Origin: a virus
Length of the DNA stretch: 64,000 nucleotides
Direction: 5' to 3' (one strand)
IMG/VR virus record: IMGVR_UViG_3300042691_029205
Span: 1 to 64,000 of that record
Positions 21,335-31,637 of the stretch are shown in pieces. Each line of letters starts with the position of its first letter. Position 1 is the stretch's first letter. The translations under genes and the position numbers were made by a program. The notes beneath the pieces were generated by a model that was not told the origin of the DNA, made no database searches, and saw only the letters and a program-made list of their open reading frames with translations.

Positions 21335-22652
21335 GGCTTTTATCGTCGTAGGACTTCAATTTGGTGATGAAACTAAGGGAGCAACAACAGATTACCTATG
21401 TTCGTTGTTTCCAGATCAGCGTAAGCTCGTAGTACGCTATAGCGGTGGCTCTCAGGCTGGTCATTCCGTAGAACACAACGAAAGTCGCCATATCTTTAAT
21501 AACTTCGGCAGCGGCTCTTTACAAGACGTTCCAACTTATTGGGATCGTCATTGTGTATTAAATCCCTACAGCCTGTTTTATGAAACAGAGAAATTAGTTC
21601 AATTAGGTTTAAAGCCAAAGATTAATATTCATCAACAATGTTTAGTCTCAACAATCTATCATCAGATTTTTAACCAGTATAGAGAAAGAAAACGTGGAGA
21701 CTTAAAACATGGTACTTGTGGTCATGGAATTGGTGAAACACGCTCTTATTACTTAAAATACGGCCAAGACGCTATCTTTTATCAAGATTGTTTTTTATCT
21801 CCGCAAGTTTTAGAAAACAAGCTCTATTTACTGAGAGAGCGACTACTTGAAGAAAGTAATTATGGAAAAGAGCTATGCGAAGAACTGTATAGCGTTGATA
21901 TTTTTCAAGCTAAGTATGTTATAGAACAAATAGTTTTTCAACAGAAGACAGGGAATAATTATATAACACCAATTAAAGAGCACGATCTATTTGTTTTTGA
22001 AGGTGCTCAAGGTATTTTACTAGATCAGAATTACGGATTTCACCCACATACTACATGGACAGATACTACGCCACGTAGGGCGTTGGAGTTATGTAGAGAA
22101 TGGGGTATTGAAGATGTTAAGATACTTGGTCTAACACGTACTAATACTACTAGACATGGTAATGGCCCGCTACCTACTTATAATCCAGAACTAACGGATG
22201 AATATCCAGACCAAACGAATACACATAATGAGTTCCAAGGTAACTTTAGAATTGGCGATTTAGACCTATCTATGTTGGAATACTCAAATGAGATTATTCG
22301 ACGTAGTTGTGGACGAGGTTTAGATGGTTTAGTAGTTAGTCATCTGGATCAACATCAAGATGGTTTGTATAAGACAAAAACATTGAACAAGACAGAATAT
22401 AAAAAATATTTCTGTCGAGAATTAAAATATCAAGGCTCTCTATTAAAACAGGAGGCATTGACATATGAACTGTCTTTATTACACGATAAGACTAGATACA
22501 ACTACCACGATAGTCTAAGATGTGATAAAATTTCTTTATACAATAAACTACAGTCTATTTTTCAATGCCCTGTGGTCATCGAATCTGATGGGGCGACAAG
22601 GAATCATAGACAAACAACGAAAGAGGGGCAGGAAATATTATGTATATCATAA
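21327..22652 (+). CDS. Divergent adenylosuccinate synthetase (PurA)-like protein
   Basis: GLQFGDETKG P-loop, GGSQAGH, GTCGHGIG, FEGAQGILLD, TRHGNGPLPT; canonical Asp-binding loop replaced. Confidence 0.85.
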   Translation: MTKAFIVVGLQFGDETKGATTDYLCSLFPDQRKLVVRYSGGSQAGHSVEHNESRHIFNNFGSGSLQDVPTYWDRHCVLNPYSLFYETEKLVQLGLKPKINIHQQCLVSTIYHQIFNQYRERKRGDLKHGTCGHGIGETRSYYLKYGQDAIFYQDCFLSPQVLENKLYLLRERLLEESNYGKELCEELYSVDIFQAKYVIEQIVFQQKTGNNYITPIKEHDLFVFEGAQGILLDQNYGFHPHTTWTDTTPRRALELCREWGIEDVKILGLTRTNTTRHGNGPLPTYNPELTDEYPDQTNTHNEFQGNFRIGDLDLSMLEYSNEIIRRSCGRGLDGLVVSHLDQHQDGLYKTKTLNKTEYKKYFCRELKYQGSLLKQEALTYELSLLHDKTRYNYHDSLRCDKISLYNKLQSIFQCPVVIESDGATRNHRQTTKEGQEILCIS

Positions 22653-23480
22653 TGATTATTGCAATAATTTTATGGATAGGCATTGGATTAAGGTGTTGGT
22701 TTTATGAAACAATATTGATGAACGAATATCGATTTGCTAAAAAATGTATAACAATGGCCGATTTACTTAGTATTCCTGCATATATGGTACTTGGCGTATT
22801 TTTTAGTATTGTAGATTTATTAGGTAAATTTAGTAAAATTGTAATTTGGAAGGAGAAAAAGAATGATTGATTTAAATAAATATTGGGTAGAGTGTATTAA
22901 TCATAGTACATTTATATTGAAAATATCACATTGTCGAGTGGATAAATGGGATCGTCGAACTGGTGGATATTACATATGTGAAACAAGTGATTATCCAGGT
23001 AAAGTATTTATATCAGTATCAGACAAACTTCCGAAAAACTGCACAAAATGGAGTCATACTAGTTACACACTTTTTAGTGTGGTAGCCGATCCTATTATTA
23101 TTGATGTTGATAATAATTTAACTGTTAAAACGGAGAACCCTGTCATGTTTATTAAGTACATTCGCGTTAATGACGGTAATAACAATAAATATGGTTCACC
23201 ATCTGTCGGTCGGCCTATTGGTTGTATTGCTATGACTTCTAGTGGCGATTATGGTATATCGTTACATAATAAAACTGATATGTTTGATAAGCGTACCAGT
23301 AAGGCTTATGCTGTATCTAGAGCGATTGGTATGGAAAAACCCATTCGTAAAATTCCTACTAAAACGGTACTGCATCCTCACACTGGAAATCCAATTATGT
23401 TAGATTGCCTGATTGACGATATGGTTAGCCACCTACAAACAAAAGTGAAAAAGATTAAAGACTTAAAAGCCAGCGGCTAA
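22640..23480 (+). other. Membrane protein (22640-22870) and hypothetical protein (22863-23480)
   Basis: ORFs; the first has TM segments. Confidence 0.65.
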
Positions 23481-23485
23481 TTTAG

Positions 23486-23535
23486 AACGGTGTATATTTC
23501 TAGTAGAGGACACACAGGAGTTTCTACTAGAAATG
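23486..23535 (+). promoter_or_regulatory. Putative late promoter AACGGTGTAT plus start-codon-sequestering hairpin
   Basis: ATTTCTAGTAGA(23496-507) pairs perfectly with TCTACTAGAAAT(23523-534), which includes AT of the ATG. Confidence 0.7.
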
Positions 23536-24039
23536 GCTATTACAACTAATTGTATATTTAAATCTGCTATTTATTGGCAGCAAAAAGATACACAAAATCT
23601 AGGTTTTTTAAATGATACCGGCGAAATCGGTATTACTCTACCACTATCTACGGGCAGCGGTAATTCTCAAGTAAATCAAGTGTTTTACGAGAGCGGAACC
23701 CTGCCCTCCGGTCAATCGGTTGAATATGATTTAACTGATTTAACCCGCACTATCTTAAATTCTGATGTTCCTATTACCTTTGCTAAAGTCAAGGGTATTT
23801 CTGTAAAAAATAAGGGAACTAGCAGCGGCCACATTATATCTATTTCTGTTACCGGCTCCAATGCTTTTGAAGATTTATTGGAAGATGGTACGTCTTTGCG
23901 TGTTTATCCTGGGGCTGCTCAGACGTTTTTCCGCCCTATAGATGGTTGGACTATCACTTCTAGCGGCTGTATCTTTCAGATTAACGACCTCTATTCTTAC
24001 GGTGTACCCTACGAAATTTCAGTAGTAGGAGTAGAATAA
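23533..24039 (+). CDS. Putative virion structural protein
   Basis: S/G/T-rich beta-type sequence; related to the next two ORFs; behind the late motif. Confidence 0.6.
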   Translation: MAITTNCIFKSAIYWQQKDTQNLGFLNDTGEIGITLPLSTGSGNSQVNQVFYESGTLPSGQSVEYDLTDLTRTILNSDVPITFAKVKGISVKNKGTSSGHIISISVTGSNAFEDLLEDGTSLRVYPGAAQTFFRPIDGWTITSSGCIFQINDLYSYGVPYEISVVGVE

Positions 24040-24524
24040 TGGCGTTTTTAGGTTTTTCTAACGTCCAAATTAAATGGACAAAAACAGATAGCAATTTAGG
24101 TACTGTCGTATCAAAAAACCACCGACAGACACAAACTACATGGACTGATATCTATAGTAATAATTATTATGCAGAAGATTTATTATCATTAGAATTAGAT
24201 ATAGCCGCCACAGAAACATATACATTAGATTTTAATGCTATTTCTTACGAACGGCTGGGTTTTACACTTGAAAAACAGTGGACTAAACTAAAATTTCTCT
24301 ATATTGAAAATTTAGATACTGAAAATTATATAGATATTGGGTCTAGCGGCCTTTCTTATCCATTAGGAATTGTATGTGAAGACGCTGATATAGGACCATT
24401 AGGAGTCTATGTCTATTCCGATAAAGCCGGTATTGCTATAAGCGGTTATCAAAAAGATTTTCAGTTAGTAAATAATAGTGGATCGACAATAAGTGTCAGA
24501 ATCGTAGCTGCGGGAGAATTCTAA
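24039..24524 (+). CDS. Putative virion structural protein (paralog)
   Basis: YTLDF...TKLKFLYIEN aligns with YDLTD...AKVKGISVKN. Confidence 0.6.
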   Translation: MAFLGFSNVQIKWTKTDSNLGTVVSKNHRQTQTTWTDIYSNNYYAEDLLSLELDIAATETYTLDFNAISYERLGFTLEKQWTKLKFLYIENLDTENYIDIGSSGLSYPLGIVCEDADIGPLGVYVYSDKAGIAISGYQKDFQLVNNSGSTISVRIVAAGEF

Positions 24525-25393
24525 TGGCTGAATTTTCCGCTGAAATATTTGCTGACATTAATTTTAGACGATCCGAGAAGAGTTCTTACGGAGTCGTTCA
24601 AGATGAAGTAATTATCAAGCATTCAACCGAACTAGAACGAGGTGTAGGTTTCCAAGAGGCCGAGTCAATTTATAGAACAACTCAGACTCAGCCATCTACA
24701 GGAGAAGTGCTATACCAACTAGAAGATTTACCATTTACTGTTATTGGTGAAGATATATCTACTAGTATTATTGGAACTAATTATAGTAAGATAAAAGGAT
24801 TTTCTATCTATAATAGAAGTTCACAGCCTCTTTATTTTAGATTACCATTCTTTACAGGCCAAATGAGAGTTGGAGCAAGCGGCGAAGTACATTCATCTAA
24901 TATGGATGGTTGGGTGGTTTCTTCTGGTGACGAGATAGGGATTAGTGGAAATAGCGGCCAAACATATGATTTATTATTTTTATCTGCTCCAATTCCTTTC
25001 GATGTAACCGGCTCACTTAACGCTAATTATACGTATATTTCACCAGTAGTCTCAACAGGCTATATGAACTATTCGTTTAGCGGCCAATTAAGTATAGGTT
25101 TTACTGGTAATATTGGACATACTTTAAATATATCTAGTACAGGTAGTTTTAATTATAGTCACTATTTAGATATTACTTCAACTGGAACTGGTAATTATAG
25201 TCATCACTTAGACGTAACTTCTTTAGCCACAACTAATTATTCATTAGCAGACATAACTCCAATCATCCGAAGTATTTTAAATACAAATTATTCTCATTAT
25301 CAAGATGTAACACAACGAGTCTATGGGAATTATTCGTTTAGCGGTGAAGTACCAAGCGGCGATTATGGTATGTTATTTGGTATTTGGTTCTAA
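24524..25393 (+). CDS. Putative virion protein with C-terminal ~14-aa NYS(H) repeats
   Basis: SKIKGFSIYN paralog motif; repeated (T/S)GxxNYSHxLD(I/V)TS. Confidence 0.6.
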   Translation: MAEFSAEIFADINFRRSEKSSYGVVQDEVIIKHSTELERGVGFQEAESIYRTTQTQPSTGEVLYQLEDLPFTVIGEDISTSIIGTNYSKIKGFSIYNRSSQPLYFRLPFFTGQMRVGASGEVHSSNMDGWVVSSGDEIGISGNSGQTYDLLFLSAPIPFDVTGSLNANYTYISPVVSTGYMNYSFSGQLSIGFTGNIGHTLNISSTGSFNYSHYLDITSTGTGNYSHHLDVTSLATTNYSLADITPIIRSILNTNYSHYQDVTQRVYGNYSFSGEVPSGDYGMLFGIWF

Positions 25394-25406
25394 AAGGAGC
25401 AGGAAA

Positions 25407-26045
25407 ATGAATATATATATCCAATGTCGAGACGGAGAAGAGGACTTTTTTAATGTAGCGGCTTATACCGTAATTAAAAATACCAGCAAAGAGGTATCAA
25501 TTTTTAAATTAAATCCAAAAACATTAAGGGAATCCAAATTATTAATCCGACCACAAGACGAGTTAGCCCGTTATTTTATTCCTCATATGCAAAAATATAA
25601 TGGACTAGCTTTATTTTTAGATTGTTATAATTATGTTAATATAGACGTATATGACTTAATAGCTGCCTTTAATACTAAAGCTGCCATTGGAATACCTCAA
25701 AATAATGAGAAACAGCCGTTTTTAGTTTTTAATTGTGAAAATCGACATAATCACGATAAATTATTTCCTAATATGATTAATTCAATGAATTTTAGTCGAA
25801 GGGAATTATATTTCTGGATTCCTCAGAATGATAAATTCTATTTTCATGAAGGCTGGACTAAAGATAGTATAGTATTTAATGATAAAAAAGATGATTATTT
25901 TAGTAATCTATTAAAAGAGTCTAAAGAAGAAAAAACACTCTTTGGTTTAATTAAAAAAGAACGCAAAATAAACTTTACAGAGGTCAATGAACAAACAATT
26001 CCACAAATTACATCGAATCAATGTGGTTGCGGCGGCAAAAAGTAA
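25407..26045 (+). CDS. Degenerate GT8-like glycosyltransferase-fold protein
   Basis: Resembles phage GT8-like proteins (ARYFIP..QKYNG.ALFLDC, LVFNC) but the DxD motif is DCY. Confidence 0.45.
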   Translation: MNIYIQCRDGEEDFFNVAAYTVIKNTSKEVSIFKLNPKTLRESKLLIRPQDELARYFIPHMQKYNGLALFLDCYNYVNIDVYDLIAAFNTKAAIGIPQNNEKQPFLVFNCENRHNHDKLFPNMINSMNFSRRELYFWIPQNDKFYFHEGWTKDSIVFNDKKDDYFSNLLKESKEEKTLFGLIKKERKINFTEVNEQTIPQITSNQCGCGGKK

Positions 26046-26053
26046 CGGTGTAT
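26044..26053 (+). promoter_or_regulatory. Putative late promoter motif AACGGTGTAT
   Basis: Exact motif 40 bp upstream of the GTG start. Confidence 0.6.
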
Positions 26054-26092
26054 TACATGGTATGTGGAAATCTACAAATAGAGGAATAAAAC

Positions 26093-28348
26093 GTGAGTAC
26101 ACCATATAGTTATAGTCAAAGAGGCACGTTTGCCAGCGGACCAGCAATCGCTATCAAGGAATTTACCGATGGTAGTGGTAATGCTAGAGTTATGCCACAA
26201 GTATCTCTTTCTTTAGCAACTGGTACAGGCGACTATAATGAAATCCAACAGATAGCCCAAAGTGGTACAAATTGTATCCCTATTGCCTTAGTTGGGGCTG
26301 ACGGAACAGTTATTGATAATTTTAATAATGGAAGTATAAATGCCCTTAATGTAGCTCTTGTGGATGCAACAGGAGGCCAAGTAACTTCTTTCGGTGGCGG
26401 CACTCAATATACAGAAGGAGATTCAGACGCTTCTATTACAGGCGGGGCTATATTATTTGAGGGAACCGGCGATATATTACGAGTTCCATCTAATGATTAT
26501 CCTCTGCCAATCAAATTAATAGACGAAGCTGGTAGCGAAGCTGATATTATTAGCGGTGGTCTTAATGTTAATTTGCAAGATCAATATGGTAATTTAGTAG
26601 ACACAACTGCTTTACCTGGATCTATTAATGCTATTAATGTAGCTATTTTAGACAGTAATGGAGATCAGGTAGATATAACTCAGTATTCTAGAGATGATAC
26701 ACCTGCCCCAATTAAGGGTTTTGCTATATTCCATGAAGGAACTGGTAATGCTATGCATACTGCTTCGGCAGGAACACCATTTCCTATTAAAATTGTTTCT
26801 GATGAAAGCGACCATCCTTATTTTTATGCTAGTGGTGAAACGGTAGATGCTTATAGTAAAGGAGTTTTGATTGGTGGCGGAAATACCGGAGACGGGGTAA
26901 AACTAACTAATGTTATTAATGCTACCACTGAAATAGATACCGCTCAAGCAACCGATCTATACGGAATCGTAACTAATTCGGTTATTCGTTATAGAGACGC
27001 GGATAGCGGCGATTTTACAACCGTTGGTGGAGGTGTAGCGACTCCCGATTATAATAATAGAGGATTATTTGTCCGGCCTATCTTAGGCGATAGGTCAACT
27101 TCTGGTACGTTAGATATGACTGATTCTGCTGCTAATGTGGCTTTTGCTAATATAAATGGATATGCCACAGCAACGGTATCTGTAAGTGGTACATGGACTG
27201 GTACTGTAGCATTTATGGGTAGTGTGGATGGAACTAACTTCTTTGATATTCCTGGTCATACAGTAGGAAAAGGTCATGAATTTATTGAGACTTTTACTGC
27301 TAATGGTGACTACACAATTCCAATTGCAGGTTTAAAAGGATTTAAAACACAAGTTAGAACTACTGGTTCAGGAACAGCTAATGTAAGCAGCAGATTAAGT
27401 TATGCATCTGGTCGTATATATGACCTACCAGATGTAGAGACAACCGGCTCTATAGCTATGAGCAGCACCTCAAATGCAGTTACGATGAGTAATATTCATG
27501 GTGTAGAAAGTGCATTAGTAGAGACTACAGGTACATGGACTGGAACTATTATTTGTGAAGGATCATTAGATAATTCAACTTATTATGCTATTTTTGCAAA
27601 TAATCAAACGGCGGCTGAAACTTCAATAGCCAGCACCTTCACTTCTAACCAATTACGATCTTTAAATATTACAGGTTTTAATTATTTTAGAGTACGTTGT
27701 TCTGTTGTAGGAACAGGTACAGCCAATGTTCGCATTAAATTAGTAGAGAATTCAAAATCATTTTATTTAGACAAAGGTTTACCAACTGGTACTAACTCTA
27801 TAGGTACTGTTGTTACATCAGGTGGAGTTTCTCATGATAGTGCGGATTCTGGACAGCCTGTGAAGATTGGAGGCAAAGCCGTATCTGGAAGACCTACTGC
27901 GGTATCAGCAAGTGATAGAGTTGATGCTTATTACGATTTACATGGATCACAGATGGTTAGAACAGCTAATCAATATCAAGATAATGGTTTTACAGTTAAT
28001 CATGTACCAGCCGCGAATACGCAAGCAACTAAAAACCAAGCTGCTGCGGGTTCTGGTTTATGTAATGTATGCACTGGTATATCTGCCACATGGTCAGCAG
28101 ATGGTACTGCCCCTACAGCGGCTCAAAGATATGTATATCTAAGAGATGGAGCATCTGGTTCTGGTACTATATTATGGGCAGGAACACTATCGTTACCAGC
28201 AACAGCAGGTGCAAGTACAGGTATAGCAATCAGCGGACTTTGGATCAAAGGGACTGCGAACACCTCAATGACTTTAGAGTTTAGTAGTGCGGGCGGGGCT
28301 AATACATACGAGGTAGTAACAATGACAGGTGTTATTGTAGCAGGCTAA
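26093..28348 (+). CDS. Putative tail fibre / virion surface protein
   Basis: 751 aa, G/S/T-rich, internal duplicated modules (GTWTGTV/I..GS(V/L)D twice; SINA(L/I)NVA twice). Confidence 0.65.
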   Translation: MSTPYSYSQRGTFASGPAIAIKEFTDGSGNARVMPQVSLSLATGTGDYNEIQQIAQSGTNCIPIALVGADGTVIDNFNNGSINALNVALVDATGGQVTSFGGGTQYTEGDSDASITGGAILFEGTGDILRVPSNDYPLPIKLIDEAGSEADIISGGLNVNLQDQYGNLVDTTALPGSINAINVAILDSNGDQVDITQYSRDDTPAPIKGFAIFHEGTGNAMHTASAGTPFPIKIVSDESDHPYFYASGETVDAYSKGVLIGGGNTGDGVKLTNVINATTEIDTAQATDLYGIVTNSVIRYRDADSGDFTTVGGGVATPDYNNRGLFVRPILGDRSTSGTLDMTDSAANVAFANINGYATATVSVSGTWTGTVAFMGSVDGTNFFDIPGHTVGKGHEFIETFTANGDYTIPIAGLKGFKTQVRTTGSGTANVSSRLSYASGRIYDLPDVETTGSIAMSSTSNAVTMSNIHGVESALVETTGTWTGTIICEGSLDNSTYYAIFANNQTAAETSIASTFTSNQLRSLNITGFNYFRVRCSVVGTGTANVRIKLVENSKSFYLDKGLPTGTNSIGTVVTSGGVSHDSADSGQPVKIGGKAVSGRPTAVSASDRVDAYYDLHGSQMVRTANQYQDNGFTVNHVPAANTQATKNQAAAGSGLCNVCTGISATWSADGTAPTAAQRYVYLRDGASGSGTILWAGTLSLPATAGASTGIAISGLWIKGTANTSMTLEFSSAGGANTYEVVTMTGVIVAG

Positions 28349-28383
28349 TTATATTTACTTTTTTGTTTTAAGGAACTTTTATC

Positions 28384-28737
28384 ATGGCTCAGTTTGAAGA
28401 ATTATCAGCAGAACAACAGCAAGCGGTTTTACAGGGTACTTTGTTTATGCGACAAAAGGCTGGTGAGTTTGCTCGCCTAGCTAACTCTATCCAATATTTG
28501 TTAATTGGGGCTGGTAGTGACTATATTACTCAGGCAGTATCCGAATTAGATGATGGTGCTTTGATTCCTCTTTATGATCCAGCATCAGAATTTCGTGGTG
28601 CTACTTATATGAGTAAAGAAAGATATCTACAGCTAAAAGCATTAGCTCAGGATATTGTTGATCTTAATACAGATACTCAACAAGGTATTAAGGCTGCTAC
28701 TGTAGAAGCCGTTGGTCCATTTAGAGTAATTTCTTAA
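28384..28737 (+). CDS. Hypothetical protein (possible fibre chaperone)
   Basis: Small helical ORF after the fibre-like gene; AAGGA RBS. Confidence 0.6.
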   Translation: MAQFEELSAEQQQAVLQGTLFMRQKAGEFARLANSIQYLLIGAGSDYITQAVSELDDGALIPLYDPASEFRGATYMSKERYLQLKALAQDIVDLNTDTQQGIKAATVEAVGPFRVIS

Positions 28738-28738
28738 T

Positions 28739-29455
28739 ATGCCAATTACTACTATTTTTCAACATACTACTTTTAATAACGCTGAATTAGGCACTATAAG
28801 TAGTACAAATGTTGGAAGCGGCTATACATCTCAATATACCACTGGTACATATGGATCATTATACGCAAATACTAGTGGTAGTTATTCTGGATATATTTCT
28901 AATAATACAGCTAGTCAATCTGGTACAAATGGATGTAGATATAAAATAAATCATACTAATGGTACTAATCCAATTTTATCAATAATATTAAGATATTATT
29001 ATGCTGTTACAGATGATACATTTCATATATATTTTAATTATATAGATAGTTCAAATTTTTATTGCGTACAAATGACAGGATTAAATAGTTCAACTAGATT
29101 TCAAAATTATAGAGTTGATAAATATGTAGCTGGGGTTAGAACACAATTACAATGGCAAGGTAATACTCCATTCGTCGGTAGTACAAATGAATATATTAAA
29201 CTAGACTATGACGGATCAAATATTCGTTTATATCAATCTACAAGTTTAACTTTTGGGGCGGCAACATATACAGATGCAGTTAGTGGATTATCTACTTCTT
29301 CTGGTAGTTTATGTTTAGGAAGTGGTAGGACGGAATATTATAATAATTTTTATTCAACTACACGACATGGAATAAAAGAGATTTACGCTGAAGCAGACGT
29401 AGCCGCTACCTCGACTTACAAAGGTGGTCGAATTATCGGCGGTGGCTTGTTATAA
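28739..29455 (+). CDS. Putative virion lectin-like beta-sandwich protein
   Basis: S/T/G/Y/N-rich beta-type sequence. Confidence 0.5.
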   Translation: MPITTIFQHTTFNNAELGTISSTNVGSGYTSQYTTGTYGSLYANTSGSYSGYISNNTASQSGTNGCRYKINHTNGTNPILSIILRYYYAVTDDTFHIYFNYIDSSNFYCVQMTGLNSSTRFQNYRVDKYVAGVRTQLQWQGNTPFVGSTNEYIKLDYDGSNIRLYQSTSLTFGAATYTDAVSGLSTSSGSLCLGSGRTEYYNNFYSTTRHGIKEIYAEADVAATSTYKGGRIIGGGLL

Positions 29456-29758
29456 GCAGCCAGCGACGATTGCCAGCGTTTTTTAACTCAGATCGACTCA
29501 AACCACGTTTTCTTATTTTAGGTCGTTTTCCCGCTTTGGAAAAGGCTTGATTTTAAGAAAACAGAAATTGTTTGCGGGTTTCCGTAAAATCCTAAATGTT
29601 TTCACTTTCATACTTGACGATATTTTTGGGAAATAGTAAACTATTGGCATAGGGTTAAGTATCATTCTCTTCTTACAGTAAGATATTAATATTATATATC
29701 TAAGTGTTAACTCTTCCTTAGTATTAAGAATCTGAGTAGAGTATCCAACTGAGTTAAG

Positions 29759-29768
29759 AACGGTGTAA
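29759..29768 (+). promoter_or_regulatory. Putative late promoter motif AACGGTGTAA
   Basis: Motif 35 bp upstream of ATG 29804. Confidence 0.55.
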
Positions 29769-29803
29769 TCTAATATAGATACAACTCACATAAGGAAAAC
29801 TCT

Positions 29804-30124
29804 ATGAAACGCCGAATTCTACACAATAGACGAGAAATTGAAGTAAATGACGAAGATTTAGAACAACTAATGGGCGGCTGGATACCTAACTTCTCTAATT
29901 TAACAGACGGTATAAAAAATAAAGTTCTAGCTTACGTTTTAGAAGAAGTAAAGAAAGCTATAGCCGACCCAGCAAACCGCGAAAAATTTAAATTGGTCAT
30001 TATGACCTGGGTTTCTACAAAAGATTTTGGTCCAAAAAGCGAACTAATTAAAGCTCTTTTTCTACCAATGTTGGATGATATCTTGGATGTAATTCTAGAA
30101 TTAGAAGTAAAGCAAGGAGAATAA
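29804..30124 (+). CDS. Hypothetical amphipathic protein
   Basis: TAAGGA RBS; first gene behind the late motif. Confidence 0.65.
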   Translation: MKRRILHNRREIEVNDEDLEQLMGGWIPNFSNLTDGIKNKVLAYVLEEVKKAIADPANREKFKLVIMTWVSTKDFGPKSELIKALFLPMLDDILDVILELEVKQGE

Positions 30125-30125
30125 T

Positions 30126-30602
30126 ATGTTCAATAAGATAATTAACTACACTTTGGTTGTATCAATGTGTATTATAATTGGTTGTAATTTTCGCCATCAA
30201 GATGATCCTAAACCACCAGTACCTCAACCAGTACCAGTTATTGTTGACGAGACAATAGATCGGGACTTTACAGTTGATGTTAAAGACGAAGTGGTTCCAC
30301 AACCAGACCTACCTAAACCAAATGATGAAGTGGCAGGAAAAATTAAGTCTATAACCGACAACTACTTAGACGAAATAGCTGCCAACTACAGCATCATCTG
30401 TAATCAAGAATTTAAAACAGTTACAGAAGTAATGAATGAACTTACCCGTCTTAATGTGGCTTCTAGGGTTAAGTTTCAAACAGAAATCGGAGCTATACTT
30501 AAATCTAAATTAGCTACTGATGATGATAAATATAACAAGGAAGTCGGAACAAAGGTATTTTTATCGATTTCCAAAGGTATAAACGACGCTAATAAGGAAT
30601 AA
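30126..30602 (+). CDS. Putative lipoprotein with Pro-rich linker
   Basis: Signal peptide ending IIGC; PKPPVPQPVP; helical C-terminus. Confidence 0.6.
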   Translation: MFNKIINYTLVVSMCIIIGCNFRHQDDPKPPVPQPVPVIVDETIDRDFTVDVKDEVVPQPDLPKPNDEVAGKIKSITDNYLDEIAANYSIICNQEFKTVTEVMNELTRLNVASRVKFQTEIGAILKSKLATDDDKYNKEVGTKVFLSISKGINDANKE

Positions 30603-30606
30603 TAAT

Positions 30607-31458
30607 ATGTTTCATGCTTTAAAGAAGTTTTTTAATAAACACGGCCATTATGGATTAATTAGAAATCGAAAAGTAGAAGAAGAATTTTGTTCTGCTAATC
30701 CTTATTCTTTTGGCGACGATGTTATTCCTCCAGTTGATATTAATCTTATACCAGTATCAATGGGGATCAATAAGTGGCTTAAAACAGAGAACCAACAACA
30801 GCTTTCAAGTTGTGTTGGGCATGGTAGCACTTCTGCCGCAGAAATTGCCTTCTATCGAGAAACACGGCTTGTAGAACAATTTAATCGTATGTTTGCCTAT
30901 CGTACCGCCCAAATGATAGACGGTATTACAGGTGATCGTGGTGCAATGATCACTGGAGCCGGAAAAGCTAGTATGAAATTCGGTCATTGCTTAGAATCTA
31001 TTTGGCCATATGTTAATCGTTATCAAACTAAATTACCTGCCGAATGTTTTAAAGATGCAGAAAAACGTAAGATTAGAATGTATAAGGCTTTACGGTCTTA
31101 TGATGATGTTCTTCGCTGGCTAGTTCATGGTATTGGTGGTGTTCATATTGGAATTGACTGGAATTCTAGTATGGATAATTATGACTCAAAAGGTCGTATT
31201 ACTAAATATAGTCAAGGTGGCGGCGGTCATGCTTTATGTTTAGGTGACTGGAATAAAGAGTTCCTTGATGATAAAGGTCAACCTTTTATTGAAATGTTTA
31301 ACTCTTGGGGTGTAAATTGGGGTGTTGGTGGTAGAGCTTATATCCATCCAAAAGTAGTTGATTATTGGTGCAAAGCCGAAGTTGTTATAGGATATTCAGA
31401 TATGGATGGTGAAGCTGTAAAGCCTCGTACTTATGACTGGTCAACTTTTTCTATGTAG
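30607..31458 (+). CDS. Papain-like C1 cysteine peptidase
   Basis: NQ..LSSCVGH (Cys), GGHALC (His), FNSWG..WG..G (Asn). Confidence 0.9.
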   Translation: MFHALKKFFNKHGHYGLIRNRKVEEEFCSANPYSFGDDVIPPVDINLIPVSMGINKWLKTENQQQLSSCVGHGSTSAAEIAFYRETRLVEQFNRMFAYRTAQMIDGITGDRGAMITGAGKASMKFGHCLESIWPYVNRYQTKLPAECFKDAEKRKIRMYKALRSYDDVLRWLVHGIGGVHIGIDWNSSMDNYDSKGRITKYSQGGGGHALCLGDWNKEFLDDKGQPFIEMFNSWGVNWGVGGRAYIHPKVVDYWCKAEVVIGYSDMDGEAVKPRTYDWSTFSM

Positions 31459-31637
31459 GATCATAATCATGAAACAATCTAAATTAAAAGAGACTCAATT
31501 GAGAATGGAACGAAGAAAACAAAGAAGAAAAAGAGCAAATGAATTGAGAAAAAGAGGTATAGTTAGCACTGGTAGTATATCTCTATCTAAAAAAGATGAT
31601 AGACCAGCTTTAATAATTCGTTTTCAATAGGCGGTCT

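Noticed and set aside
21327-22652. PurZ / 2-aminoadenine (Z-genome) pathway with MazG (40927) and HD protein (51003)
   Set aside because: The P-loop keeps the PurA-type Asp (GDETKG) rather than the PurZ Ser, the HD protein looks YhaM-like rather than DatZ-like, and the genes are unlinked
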